Shown: positions 1 through 11,069, numbered from the whole stretch's first letter. The stretch is 62,584 bases of DNA, filler included, from Sphacelaria rigidula (GCA_964200075.2; 10 parts of 10 records of this genome joined end to end with filler, not necessarily neighbours in it); one strand, 5' to 3'. Notes: generated by a model from the letters alone, not told the origin. Program-made: numbers and translations.

Positions 1-1009
1 CGGGTTCCAAGCTGGGGCTGAGATTTGCTTCGACTGGTCAGCTTGCACCCGTAGCTGAGAGGGTGCGGAGATATCGCGGCATCAGTCAGACTCCGTTCAA
101 TAAACCGTGAGACGACTGTGCATTCCTTCGTGTCTAGAGGATGAGAGGGGGACACGGCTTTGGACTGAGGTTAGTGCGACTTGCGGACAGGCGGTCTCGA
201 ACAGAGCAGTACATAGCTGGGTATTGATCCCTGCAACTTCTGATCCTACACATTGGTCGTCTTTATTTACTATTTTTGATCCTCCTTATGTTGTTGGAAT
301 CGCGTTCTAATCATCACCACTACGCTTGTTATCTGCTGGAAGATTCTCGCATCACGCTCCAGGGCTTCTTGAGTTTCACTCCCCTAAAACAGGTCCGCGA
401 GAATCATTACCCACGGTCGACAGCCTTCTGGATATTTGGACCCCAAAGGAAGACTTGCTCTTCCGAGGACCATCAACTTGTGTGTGCTTCATCCGTTGAG
501 CACAGCAAACGACTGGTTTCCTCAAGTGTGATGCTACGAGTGGGAGACGGGGGTGGGGGGGGTATTTTGAGCCATTTCTTCGACAAAGTTCCATCTCAAA
601 TCGTCGTCGAACGCGTTTGTTACCAATAAAACACATTCGTTCATACCGCTTGACACCGCCATCACCTAAATACAAGAGCAGCACCGCAAGTAGTTTGGTC
701 ATATGACGAATCTGTGAGCCCGTGTTTACGTGGAATCAAACACTACCTCCCTTAGAGTGCTCCGTCCCGGCTTTGTAGGGATGCAAGGTCAACGGTCATG
801 CGACGACCGCACGCAAGATCATGAGTACACCCCCCCTATCGTAGCACCACTCGTTGAACTAATGATGCGAAAACTTTGCTACACAAACAACGGAAGTGTT
901 TATAACACCACCAAATGACGAGCATGATAAGGATCAAATTATTTGAGATGCAACTACTGAAACAACGACAGGAACAACATTTACAAATAATCGTGACGGT
1001 ACTACGTAC

Positions 1010-1205
1010 GTGGCGTATCCCGGGCGTATCATGGCCGCTTCCTCGGCATCTGCCAGTGCTTCCGCAAACTTGGAAGACTTAATGTAGGCCGCGGCACGGT
1101 TGGCTAACGTCACGTGTCTCGAAGACCCGTGGACAGATAGCTCCAATGCGAGGTTGTAGCTCGAAATGGCCTCCCGAAAGTTCGAAGCTTTGGCGTACAA
1201 GATGC
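1010..1205 (-). CDS. Internal exon of a TPR-repeat protein (STI1/co-chaperone-type TPRs)
   Basis: Translates GILYAKASNFREAISSYNLALEL...LANRAAAYIKSSKFAEALADAEEAAMIRPGYA, matching TPR consensus (G..y..A...Y..Al; NRA.ay.....eAl.Dae.a....P.y); CAG acceptor ending at 1206 and GTACGT donor at 1009. Confidence 0.8.
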
Positions 1206-1289
1206 CTGAATTGTGGACGTGTAAGTTGTGGGTGTACGGGTCATGCACGAAAAAATCGGCATGATATCGTGAGGCAGCTGGCATTCGAG

Positions 1290-1314
1290 AATATATATAT
1301 ATATATATATATAT
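1290..1314. repeat. (TA)n microsatellite; others at ~13407-13426, 19558-19573, 59665-59684
   Basis: Direct reading. Confidence 0.9.
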
Positions 1315-2174
1315 GCTGATTTATGGGACAGGGTTGTCTGAGGGATTGCAAAAAACCCTCGCGCACCTTTTTACCGCTACTCTTGACGGGCAGGGTAGCG
1401 TATATACTCGTCGAGTGGACACAAGAAACTTAGAGCGATCATTGTATTGTAGTATCATTTCGTTCGCAGAGCTAGCGTTGTTCGATCATCCCGTTCGATA
1501 CCCACTTGTAGTGTCACCAAGATGGTAGTATGTGCTGAAGTACCCAGGGTGCTAACTATCGAAAGCACTCACTACCATAGGGTATCTCGTATCTCGGGTA
1601 TTTGCCCCCCGAAATACCCGGTGGCACCCGGAATACTGAGCATAAGTGCCGCTTGCTTCGGGTGCCCAGGATACCGACACTTACACATACTCAGTTTTGC
1701 AGGTTATCTGGAGTACCCGCCTCCCGAAATACTCGGTGTTGCACCCGGAATAATGTGTACTGAGTAAATACCCCGTGTGCTCAGGGTATCGAATGCCCAG
1801 AGCGCTCAGTGATCTACGTTACTCAGGGTGTGGAGTGGCGAAAATACCCAGTATTCCAGAGTATTCAGGGTATCGATACCCAACAATAATCAATAATTTT
1901 CAGGCTACATACCCCGTACGGGACAATAATCTGAGCCGGAACGCTATGTAACGACCTCGTGCTCTGAGTTTGGTTGCCTGCACAGAGCGAATTGCCTCGT
2001 TGCATTCTGAATTTTGTGTAATATTGGCATGGAAAACGGCAAGAAGTTGCCTGGTTGTACTCTGACTTTTTTGTGCATATGACTGTTTCATGTCCGATAA
2101 CATGTATTTTTGAGCTCCATGGAAGATGGTCGGATTTTTCGTGGTTCACCTTCGTGCCGGTGTGTAGAATTATG

Positions 2175-2344
2175 CACACCTCGGACAATATATGGCCAGT
2201 AGTTGCAATAGACAAGAAATGTACTGCTTAAAGTATGGGTCTATTGTGACTATTGTCGGCCGACAATAGTTGCAATAGGTCCATAATTTAAGCAGTACAT
2301 TTCTTGTCTATTGCAACTACTGGCCATATATTGTCCACGGTGTG
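2175..2344. repeat. Near-perfect loopless palindrome / foldback element with CACAC...GTGTG ends
   Basis: Arms 2183-2259 and 2260-2336: outer 50 bp perfectly complementary, inner 27 bp with 5 mismatches; centre CGG|CCG. Confidence 0.92.
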
Positions 2345-2504
2345 GCATTGTGCCCAACGTACGGCGTGTCACCGTATCCGTTCGTTGAACTGGATTGGAA
2401 CGACGCTGCTATGTGTGAATTCAACGTATGCCGGAGAAGTCGTACCGCGAATCCTGATCAAGCATGCAAGTAGAGATCCACGCACACACGCGGTCATCTG
2501 ACTA

Positions 2505-2872
2505 CCCCCAAAAATCCTTCTACACGAAAAGTTGACCCATCTAGAGGGAGGCAAGGCTCTGGAGGCGTATATTCCTTCTGGAGGCTGAATAAGTAAACCC
2601 CTCGATAGGGATTAAACAACGCTAGAGGAATAGCCCACACAAAGTCACGCTAGAAGGAGGGAAATGCCCCCCCCCCCTAGAAGGGTTATGTGCACTTTGG
2701 AGGATCCGAACAATGTGAAATCCCTCTACTTGTAGAGGTCACTAGTTCCTCTAGCGGCGTTTAATACCTCTGCAGCGGTCAATTTTGACCCCTCCAGAGG
2801 GAGTGAACACCTCCACGGACAAAACTGACCCTTCTTGAAGGGTCAAGTTTTGCGTGGAGAGATTTTTGGGGG
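2505..2872. mobile_element. MITE, Tc1/mariner-like (TA target duplication)
   Basis: TIRs CCCCCAAAAATC...TTGACCC / GGGTCAA...GATTTTTGGGGG, flanked by TA at 2503-2504 and 2873-2874; internal ctagaggg/ccctc-type sub-repeats. Confidence 0.8.
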
Positions 2873-3674
2873 TAGACAAATGGCCGTGTTGTGTGCACGA
2901 AAACATCTCACCCCTTCCCACCTCGTTCACAATCATAACCTACTCGGTAAAAGTACAATACTTCAGGGTACCCAGGGAGGGTACCGTCCCCAGGACGAAC
3001 TGAGTGCTCCAGGGTACACAGGGTATCGACGGGCGAAAATGTTGAGTAGATCGGGGTACCTCGGGTGCCCGCTCACTGAAAGATCCTGTGTTACCCTGAA
3101 CACTCTCTGCATGCACTGAGTATTGCCGCTACCCAGGTACTGTCGGCCGAAACAAATGAATACCCGAGGATATGTAGGGTTAGTGATCGTTGAAAATGCT
3201 CATTTTCCTGGGGTATTTGAGGCACCCGCCTTTCAGGTAGTCACCATTACAGGGTATCTAGGGTATAGATTGATCAATCGATTGATTTATTCGTTCATTT
3301 TATTCATTCGGCTGATTGTCGCTTAGAGCTATCAAGTCATTCTCCGGGTTTGATAGCCAAAATCACTCAGTAAACTGGGGTAACCAGGGTATGCATTGCC
3401 GGAAGTGATGAGTATCCCCGAATATCTCCGGTACCCGCCCTCTGCAGCACCCGGTTAGGTACATGGGATACTGAGTGCATGTACAGAGTACTCCGGGTAC
3501 CCGGAGTATCGACTGCCCAAAATACTCAGTATTCGAGGGAGCCTAGGGTGCAGAATGTCGAAAGATTTAATGTTCCGGAGTACTCGAAGGATTCGACCGC
3601 TCAAGAATCTCAGTATTCCGGGGGAACCAGGTTACCAGCACACCAAAACAATCTACTTTACACCCTACCTTATA

Positions 3675-4110
3675 ACACAGGATTTTTCGAATTGGGGATG
3701 GATTTTTTATCGAGGATGAGAACCCGGACAATTGAAATATTCGTATCCACATTAGATTTTCGAAATATAGTTCATCTCCTTCACTTACCGGTAGCTATTG
3801 ACAACTACTACACGTCATACAAATTTGGATCCTGATAACCGACATGTTGGGGTCCCAGGTGAAGAAAAAAATGGAGAATTTCCATGATCCGATCAGATCG
3901 CCGAAATTCCCCAAAAATGGTTTTTTACCAAGGACCCGAACATTTCGATTATCGAAATTCAAATTTGTATGGCGTGTAGTAGTTGTCAATAGCAAGTGAA
4001 GAAATAAATGGCACCATATTTCGAAGATTTGGTGTGGATACAAATATTTTATTTCACCAGGTATCTCATCCTCAATGAAAACTCCATCCTCAATTAGTAA
4101 ATTGCCGTGT
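3675..4110. mobile_element. ~440-bp foldback MITE family, copy 1
   Basis: Long imperfect self-complementarity (ACACAGGAT..AATTGGGGATGG ... CCATCCTCAATT..CCGTGT); collinear with 45000-45442; related fragments at ~6100-6169 and ~31345-31400. Confidence 0.85.
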
Positions 4111-4142
4111 TTTATCCCGATCACTTTCGGATCGACACTGAG

Positions 4143-4848
4143 AAACGGATCCTGAAAAATGAGGTTGAACACTTTCATGGGTTTGAAGCCGTATTCCAAA
4201 ATGTCACATTTTACGTGAACCAGTTTTGCAAAATCAACCAACTAACTGAGGATTTTATTTGTCTGTTGAAACTTCCCCTAGCTTTCCTGTCGCGCATTTT
4301 TGCTCTGGTGTCTAAAGTCATACGTATCTCCTTTGCACATTTGGAACGCCTCTCCCCAGAGGAGGATGCTTTCGTCGGCTTCCTTCGGGTTTCATCATAA
4401 ATTATTCCTGAGCTTTTTCGAGCTCTCTCGGAGTGATAGAAGAGGGGATACTTTCATCCGAGGGCAGGTGTCGCCGTTGGTGTTTCGGGAAAGAATTCCC
4501 GTTGCTGCAAACGTTTGCTGATGTAATATCGGAAATTTCATGGATGGGAAAATCCCTGCCCCTGGTGAATCTCCCTAGGACTCGAAAAAACTCCGGCGCC
4601 ATTTATCTCTAACAACATGAGGGAATCCAATGAACAGCGCCCTCCCTCGCCTGGTGAGAGCCGTTTCCACCGCGCTAAAAGAGGTGGACACTAGAATGCG
4701 GGACAACAGGACAAGCCAGGGGGAGTTTCAGCAGACAAATAGAATCCTCAGTCGTTTTCTTTGCAAAACTGTTCACGTAAAAATATGAGATTTTGGAAGG
4801 CGATTACAACTCATTTGAATGGTCAACATCTTTTTTCAGGATCGTTGT
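4143..4848. mobile_element. Putative non-autonomous TIR element with GGATCCTGAAAAATGAGGTTGAAC-type ends
   Basis: Left end at ~4146 and degenerate inverted copy at ~4821-4848; the same terminus recurs at ~49830-49930 and inverted at ~14955-14985. Confidence 0.55.
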
Positions 4849-4854
4849 TAGAAG

Positions 4855-5015
4855 TCCCCCACCACAGTTGTGACTCTAAAGAGTTCGCTTAACTCAGTTT
4901 TTCTGGTCCCCCACCGTATTCTCGACCCTAATGACTCCGCTTAACTCTATCAAATAGCTTAACTCAGTTTTGCTGGTCCCCCACCAATAGCCTCGACTCT
5001 GGTGAAGTCGCTGAA
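4855..5015. repeat. Tandem minisatellite, ~3 degenerate units (GTCCCCCACC...GCTTAACTCAGTTTT)
   Basis: gtcccccacc at ~4855, ~4906 and ~4976, with gcttaactc repeated. Confidence 0.7.
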
Positions 5016-5410
5016 GTTACTTTCATCTGTACCCCGCGACAGTCGCTACCTTTATATCTTGACTAAACCTATCGTCGGGTGCTCCCGCGCCCTAGAGTTC
5101 AAGCCTGCCGGGACCTCTTCTGAGACGAGAAATACTCAAACAGTATGTCCCTCCGTGTCATGAAGTTGGAAAGGGCTACCTGACCCCGACCAAAAAATCG
5201 TGCGATTTTCGGCCGGTCGTCCCTCACATACATTTCGACACATATGCACCGTGTAGCCGACGTGCATAGGCCGGGGAAGTCGAAAGTCGCATCGATGTGT
5301 TGATCCCATGATCGATGGGGAAGACTGTTAGTCTTCCAAGATACATAGCGCTGTAAATGTTTACTAATTTATAAGTAATTGTGGTTGCGGCATTGTCGTG
5401 AATCAAACTG

Positions 5411-5482
5411 GGTTCCGTCGCTCAGTGGCAGAGCGTGTGGCTGTTAATCACAAGGCCGAGGGTTCGATGCCCTCCGGAACCG
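5411..5482 (+). tRNA. tRNA-Asn (anticodon GTT)
   Basis: Cloverleaf: acceptor GGTTCCG/CGGAACC, D stem GCTC/GAGC, anticodon arm TGTGG-CTGTTAA-TCACA, T arm GAGGG-TTCGATG-CCCTC, discriminator G; T-run at ~5505-5509. Confidence 0.9.
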
Positions 5483-6169
5483 ACGACGAGGGTACAGTAT
5501 TCGCTTTTTGTCGGAAATGATTCTAGTATGAAAATGTCAACCAAATTGCAGCGGATAAGTGCAGAAGTACCTGCCGGAGGGACACATTGTTCTCAACTTT
5601 GTTGATTTTCCTCCCTTGGACAGCCCCGCACTCTCGACATATCACACATACATCCCGGGAGACAGCGACAAACTACTCCCTACTACGAGCACACCTAGAA
5701 GTCAACGATACGGAGGGGAAGTCTTACCAGAGTGGGCGATAAGGAACGGGAAATGGCGCCCACTGACTACATGAAGCAATAATAAATGGAGACATGCTGA
5801 AAATGAGTCATTATCGAGCAATGGTTGTTGATATCGTAGTGAAGTAGTTATCAATCTCAAGACTTGAGCGATGCTTCAGAGGACGCAAGTCCCGAATGAT
5901 ATGCCGTGAGGACGTAATATTCGAATATTAATATTCATTGCAATAGCACGGCAGTTAGTTGGCATCTTCCTGAACATCAGAAGGTTTCCGTTACTACTGT
6001 ATTACCAAAATTTATTATATTCCGCTCAGTAAATGGATGTTTGGGACAACATTGATCAAATGATTTGTCACACCTGAGTTTCTATTATTATATACTCCCT
6101 CTGATAACAGCGGATCATCTATGTTGAGGATGGAGATTTTCATTGAGGATGAGAACCCGGAGGATTAAA

Positions 6170-6269
6170 NNNNNNNNNNNNNNNNNNNNNNNNNNNNNNN
6201 NNNNNNNNNNNNNTTAATTAATTAANNNNNNNNNNNNNNNNNNNNNNNNNNNNNNNNNNNNNNNNNNNN
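6170..6269. other. Artificial contig spacer (44 N + TTAATTAATTAA + 44 N); identical spacers at 12439-12538, 18708-18807, 24977-25076, 31245-31344, 37513-37612, 43781-43880, 50049-50148, 56317-56416
   Basis: Nine identical 100-bp spacers with stops in all six frames separate pieces of 6169 bp (x4) and 6168 bp (x6), i.e. size-sorted contigs. Confidence 0.98.
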
Positions 6270-6359
6270 GGACCACGTGTACTTTTTTGCAGTGAATATT
6301 GATGCCGATTCAGCAGGTGACCTACTCTCGCGGTCTAACGGTTAACTCCTCCTGCGGAG

Positions 6360-8312
6360 CATAGGTTTATTTGACTGTGACAAATTGGTCGCACTACCAC
6401 GAGGAGGTGACGCGTTAGCTCAGTGGTCATGCTGATCAGAACATCAGACTGTGTGGCTGGTGGCATTGGTTCGAAGCCCGTACGCACAATCGGCGCAGCC
6501 CCTCTGACCTTTATTGCTCCTCTTCCCCCCCTTGCTTTGCCTTCCTCTGCCTTCTTTCGCCGCCCCGCCTCCACGAGCTGCGACCTAGCCTGAAATTAGC
6601 GGATTCAACATCATGAGCCATCTGACAGCAGCAGCCATATCTCATCGACACGGACGAGCTGGGCCGTTATCCACATATATTCCGACGCGTCTAACCAAGG
6701 GGAAAATGCCTACCTGCTCAAGAGCCGCGGGTGATTTTTCCTCGTTGACGTAACGCCCTGTCGACTCTACAGTAGTCAGCGTCAGAATTATGCAGAATTC
6801 GTAATTTCTGAGTTTCTCAAAGATTCTCCAAATTTGTTTCGCTTGCCACCGCTCGTCACGGTGACTGTTGGATGCCAAAAATGGGCATCTGGAAATATTT
6901 CAATCCTGTTGACAAATGTTGTCAAAAACAATATCTGCGATCAATATTGAGTGACTTACGGGCTTGACCGATCTTTGGGGGTCCTGCAAATATGCAACCC
7001 CAGGTTCTAGCTTTTTGGTATTTTCGGTGGACCGACTCGACCCCGATCATATAAGTGAAGACTCAAAAGGTTTGTTTTTTTAATTCCACCTATTCCCTGC
7101 GCTAACGCCGGAAACCCATGTTTCTTGGATCGTTTACGGTCAATAACACCCTCCTGATAAACGAGTCTTTACTCCGTATCGCGCCCATAACCACAACTTG
7201 GGCATTGTGATTTGAGCTCGGTCTGCTTATTTTGCCAAAATTATCGACTCAGCATTTTCGAGTGCTCATGGAAAATGTTATGCGAAAAAACCCGAAAAGA
7301 GGCCATCCGCAGAAAACGCTAGGCTGAGGTCTGTGCAGTATAGAAGGGAACCACGATCCCGATCATTATTGTGAAGGATTTTATATGTATTCATGTATCT
7401 GAATATTTACGCTTCGTTGCGGAAGAGCCAGAAAACTGCTTTTGTTGGACCAAAAACGGCCGATAACACCCTCCTGATGAACGGGGTATCTAGCACGTAT
7501 CGCCCCAAAAACACCAACTTGGGCACTGCAGTTTGAGCGCGGCCTACGATTTCCCCCCCAAACCTACCGGCGCTAGCACATTCAAGTAGTAATGAAGAAT
7601 GGTACTCGAGAAAAACTCAGAAACTACAACAACTGTAAATTCTGAAAACTTCTGACGCTGACTACTATAGTTCCCACGCCGTGTGCTGGCACAGGGCCAT
7701 CACTACAGTCATTCGATGGACGAAACACGCACTCCATCATACAGATTTGTTTGACTGTGACAAATTGGTCGCACCACCACGAGGAAGCGACGCGTTAGCT
7801 CAGTGGTCACGCTGATCGAAAGATCAGGCTGCGTGGCTGGTGGCGTTGGGTCGAAGTCCGTACGCACAACTGGCCAAGCCCCTCTCACCTCTTTTCTCGC
7901 GCCCCCCCCCTTCATTGCCTTCCTCTTCCTTCCTTCGCCGCCCCGCCTTCATGATGAGCTGCGAGCTAGCCTGAAAATAGCGATTCCATCATAATGAGCC
8001 ATCTCACAGCAGCCATATCTCATCGACACGGACGAACTGGGCCGTGATCTACATATCTTCCGAGACGTCGAACCCAGGAGAAGATGCCCACCTGCTCAAA
8101 AGTCGCGGGCGATTTTCCCTCGTCGATGTAACGCCCCGTCGATTATAGTGACCACGCCGCGTGCGGGCATAGGGCCATCACTACAGTCATTCGATGGATG
8201 AAACACGCACTCCATCATATAGATTTGTTTGACTGTGACGACTTGGTTGCGCTACAATGAAGACGTGAGACGTTAGCTTGGTGGTCACGCTGGTCGGAAG
8301 ATCAGGGTGTGT
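6360..8312 (+). repeat. Tandem array of a ~478-bp unit containing a tRNA-like A/B-box segment (partial unit 6360-6769, full unit 7670-8147, partial unit 8148-~8312)
   Basis: 6360-6769 aligns with 7740-8147 and 7670-7830 aligns with 8148-8310; TAGCTCAGTGG at ~6416 and ~7796, GGTTCGAAGCC at ~6468. Confidence 0.85.
6770..7667. mobile_element. 898-bp non-autonomous Tc1/mariner-like element
   Basis: 18-bp TIRs CAGTAGTCAGCGTCAGAA / TTCTGACGCTGACTACTA (17/18), TA at 6768-6769 and 7668-7669, empty site in the next tandem unit at 8146-8147; internal ~90-bp direct repeat (~7135-7225 vs ~7456-7545). Confidence 0.9.
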
Positions 8313-8423
8313 GATCCGTAGCTGTACCTAACCATATGACATAGAACTCAACTTTCTGTTGCGGTGCAAACGACTGCGCTAAACACCTGTACGGTGTGAT
8401 GGACCGTGCAGCTCTGGTGAGTG

Positions 8424-11069
8424 CACCCGTGGACAGATAGCACCCTGTGGGGCGCACTGTGCAGGGTCCGTACAGGGTCCTCCACAGTCTTCGTGAAAAA
8501 ATCCTGACAGTGAAACGCCAAATCTGTACCCCTCGTAGCGTTTTGATAGGGTTTTCCCCAGGGTTGGATTTGCAGCCCTGTGTAGGCACGTCGGCAAAGC
8601 CCTGCAGAGTTCTGTGGTAGTGTTTTGGTGAAAAACCCTGACGTTTTTTTTTTAATTCCAAATATTTTGGCACAAAATCTGTAAATTTATATACTTTCAA
8701 TAAATAGCTTGTCTTCCTGTCCGAGGTGAATTCCTCTTTACCCGATTTGAATCGAGCAAAAAGGAATTTATTTGGACAGCAGGACAAGCTATTCAAAACA
8801 GATCCTTTTTTCGCCCAATTTATTTCGGCAAAAAAGAGAATATATTTCGAACAGCAGAAGAAGCTGTTCAAGATCGATCCTTTTTTCGCCCATTTCAAAT
8901 GGGCGAAAAAATGATCTATTTTGAACAGCTTCTTTTTTTGCTGCGCAAATCCCATGGACACTGGCAGATTCGGAATTTGAACAACAGAAGAAGCTCGAAA
9001 GAAATATTTACTTTTCCCTCCAATTCATCCAGAGATTGGGGGGAAAGGGATTTATTGCGAGCAGCGTCAGCTGCTGGGCAAATCCCGCATACTGCATCGT
9101 CACCAGCGCATGGGATCCGACACGCGGAAAAAGTTGCTGAAAGGTATTCATCTTCTTGCCCCTCAGTCCGTATGTACATGGGCTGAAGGATGAATAGCTC
9201 TCAACAGCTTTCGCTGAGTAGAGATCCCACACGTTGGATACTTGTGTATGCCCACACCTGTGCTTCGTCTGAAACCCCTGGGAAGATGTGGAAAGGTGCT
9301 ACAAGGTCGGGTATACCTCGTCTATCTACCCACATTTTCCCCAAAACCTCGTATTGCATTGTCTACCAACACGAACCATGTTTAGAAAATATCACTTAAT
9401 CAGTCGTATATTAATAGTATATGTAGAGCATCATAACTCAAAGATATATCTATATTCCGTATATATATCACCGCACACAAACCAAACATCAATGAACGCA
9501 CCCGCCCGCACAACGGTATTATTCCGCCCGGTTATATCACCACAACCCCACAGCGAAGAGCACGGGTTGGGCACAGGGATATAGACACATACACACTGCC
9601 GTGCGGGTGGATATGATGTATTTCTCGTTGATGGAAACTTGAGCACCTTCTTTCATGGTCGCGACATCGCGCGGCGACGACATACGCGGGGTGCGTATAT
9701 ATAGGCGCGGGTGCGAGGAACATTAATCAACCGGCCGCCTATGTTATGCATATACACACTCACCATCATATGCATGCTGCGGACGCACCGCGATATAACA
9801 TAGTGTAACATACAGGCCGCGTACGATATGCTGCACGTTGTTCAAGTCCTTTTCATGTCGCACTGTAGGTAAAGAACATACACATACATCGTCCTGCGCT
9901 GTCTGTATTGTACTTTTCCCCTTCCTTTCACGCGCTACTTACTGTGCTGCAGCAGCTGTGCGCGCAAATATGATGTGGAACGCGCGCGTGAAAAACTGGA
10001 GTTCGTGACGGTATATAACACCCGCCCCATATATCAAAATAAGTTGCAGGCATCTACATTGTATTTACAGCCAGCCATCTGCAGTACATGGCACCGCACG
10101 TAGAAGCACGGCGGTATAGCGCACTGTCCCGCATGCAATGGTATTGTATAGTCCAGTCCAGTTTATTGGTGTGAATATATATCCCGAGCACGCAGTATCA
10201 ACCGCGCGATGAGATGTTTCATTATCCCCTGTACATTGTTTTCGTTTCGTCGACGCGGGACTACGGGGTTTTCATCACGTATATGCATCTATGACAGAGG
10301 TCAAATGCGATCAATCACCATGACCTCAGCTGCAACAAAAGCTTGCGTGCAGTACGTGGGACTTGAACAGCTGAAGCTGCTCGCGAGCAAGTTCTTTCTC
10401 CACTCAATTTCAAGTATTCTTGGTGGTGTACAAATTCCATCTGCTACATACAGTGTATATGGGATTATCTGTACAGCTGAAGCTCTTCGAAATGAATCAT
10501 TTTCCCCCTATATTCCAAGTTTGGAATTAGGATTTATTTCGAATAGCAGCGGCTGTCCAAATTCCAGATTTCCATTACACGTGTGCCTCTAAAACCAATT
10601 CGGGGGATTTCAGTGTTATTGACACGGACCTTCGAGGGCCCCAAAATTCAGAAGTACAAAAATTATCCCAATCCCCAACGACTACCACGCGTAGCTCCAT
10701 GTGTTACCGGTCATCTGTACGACGTGAAGTAGAGGGTTCGATTCTCCGTCCAACCTAATCAGTTCTTTTTTCCGCCAGTACCTTGTGCCCGCAGCTGCAT
10801 GTGGAGGGTAGTGTTTGTGCGTAAACACATTGCACAGCATTGCCAGCAGCGACGGAACCCTGTGATGCACACTATTCATGACCACTGTAGAGAACCCCTG
10901 TGGAGAGGAACCCTGTGATGCACACTATTCATGACCCCTGTAGGGAAACGCTGTGGAGCGTCCTGTGCTACGCTGGAAAATACTGTGCAGTAAAATTCCC
11001 GCCAGAAACACTGCGCAGGGTCCGTAAATCCTGTAGACCCCTCCACAGGGTGCTATCTGTCCACGTGTG
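8424..11069. mobile_element. 2646-bp non-autonomous DNA transposon with CAC...GTG termini (CMC/CACTA-like)
   Basis: 27-bp TIRs CACCCGTGGACAGATAGCACCCTGTGG / CCACAGGGTGCTATCTGTCCACGTGTG, TG on both flanks, subterminal ccctgt repeats and a 53-bp direct repeat at ~10853-10958; second right end at 43881-44022. Confidence 0.75.

Larger units (their letters stand above)
1520..3660. repeat. Degenerate GGTACCC/AGTACCC/GGGTATC-rich minisatellite in two blocks (~1520-1900 and ~2935-3660) interrupted by inserted elements
   Basis: Recurrent tacccagggt, gggtatc, atactcag, gagtaccc motifs in both blocks; boundaries approximate. Confidence 0.65.

Noticed and set aside
1127..1141. Short match CCCGTGGACAGATAGC to the CAC...GTG element TIR inside the TPR exon
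   Set aside because: Lacks the terminal CA and further similarity and lies in an intact coding frame; treated as coincidence
7948..7980. Hammerhead-like TGATGAG...GAAA in the tandem unit (also CTGATGAG...GAAA on the minus strand at ~52362-52390)
   Set aside because: Stem II does not close onto GAAA, stems I/III are absent, and the motif is not conserved in the other unit
8302..8961. 219-aa ORF with internal repeats (WAKKGS.LNS)
   Set aside because: Arises from the hairpin and direct repeats inside the CAC...GTG element and runs across its terminus
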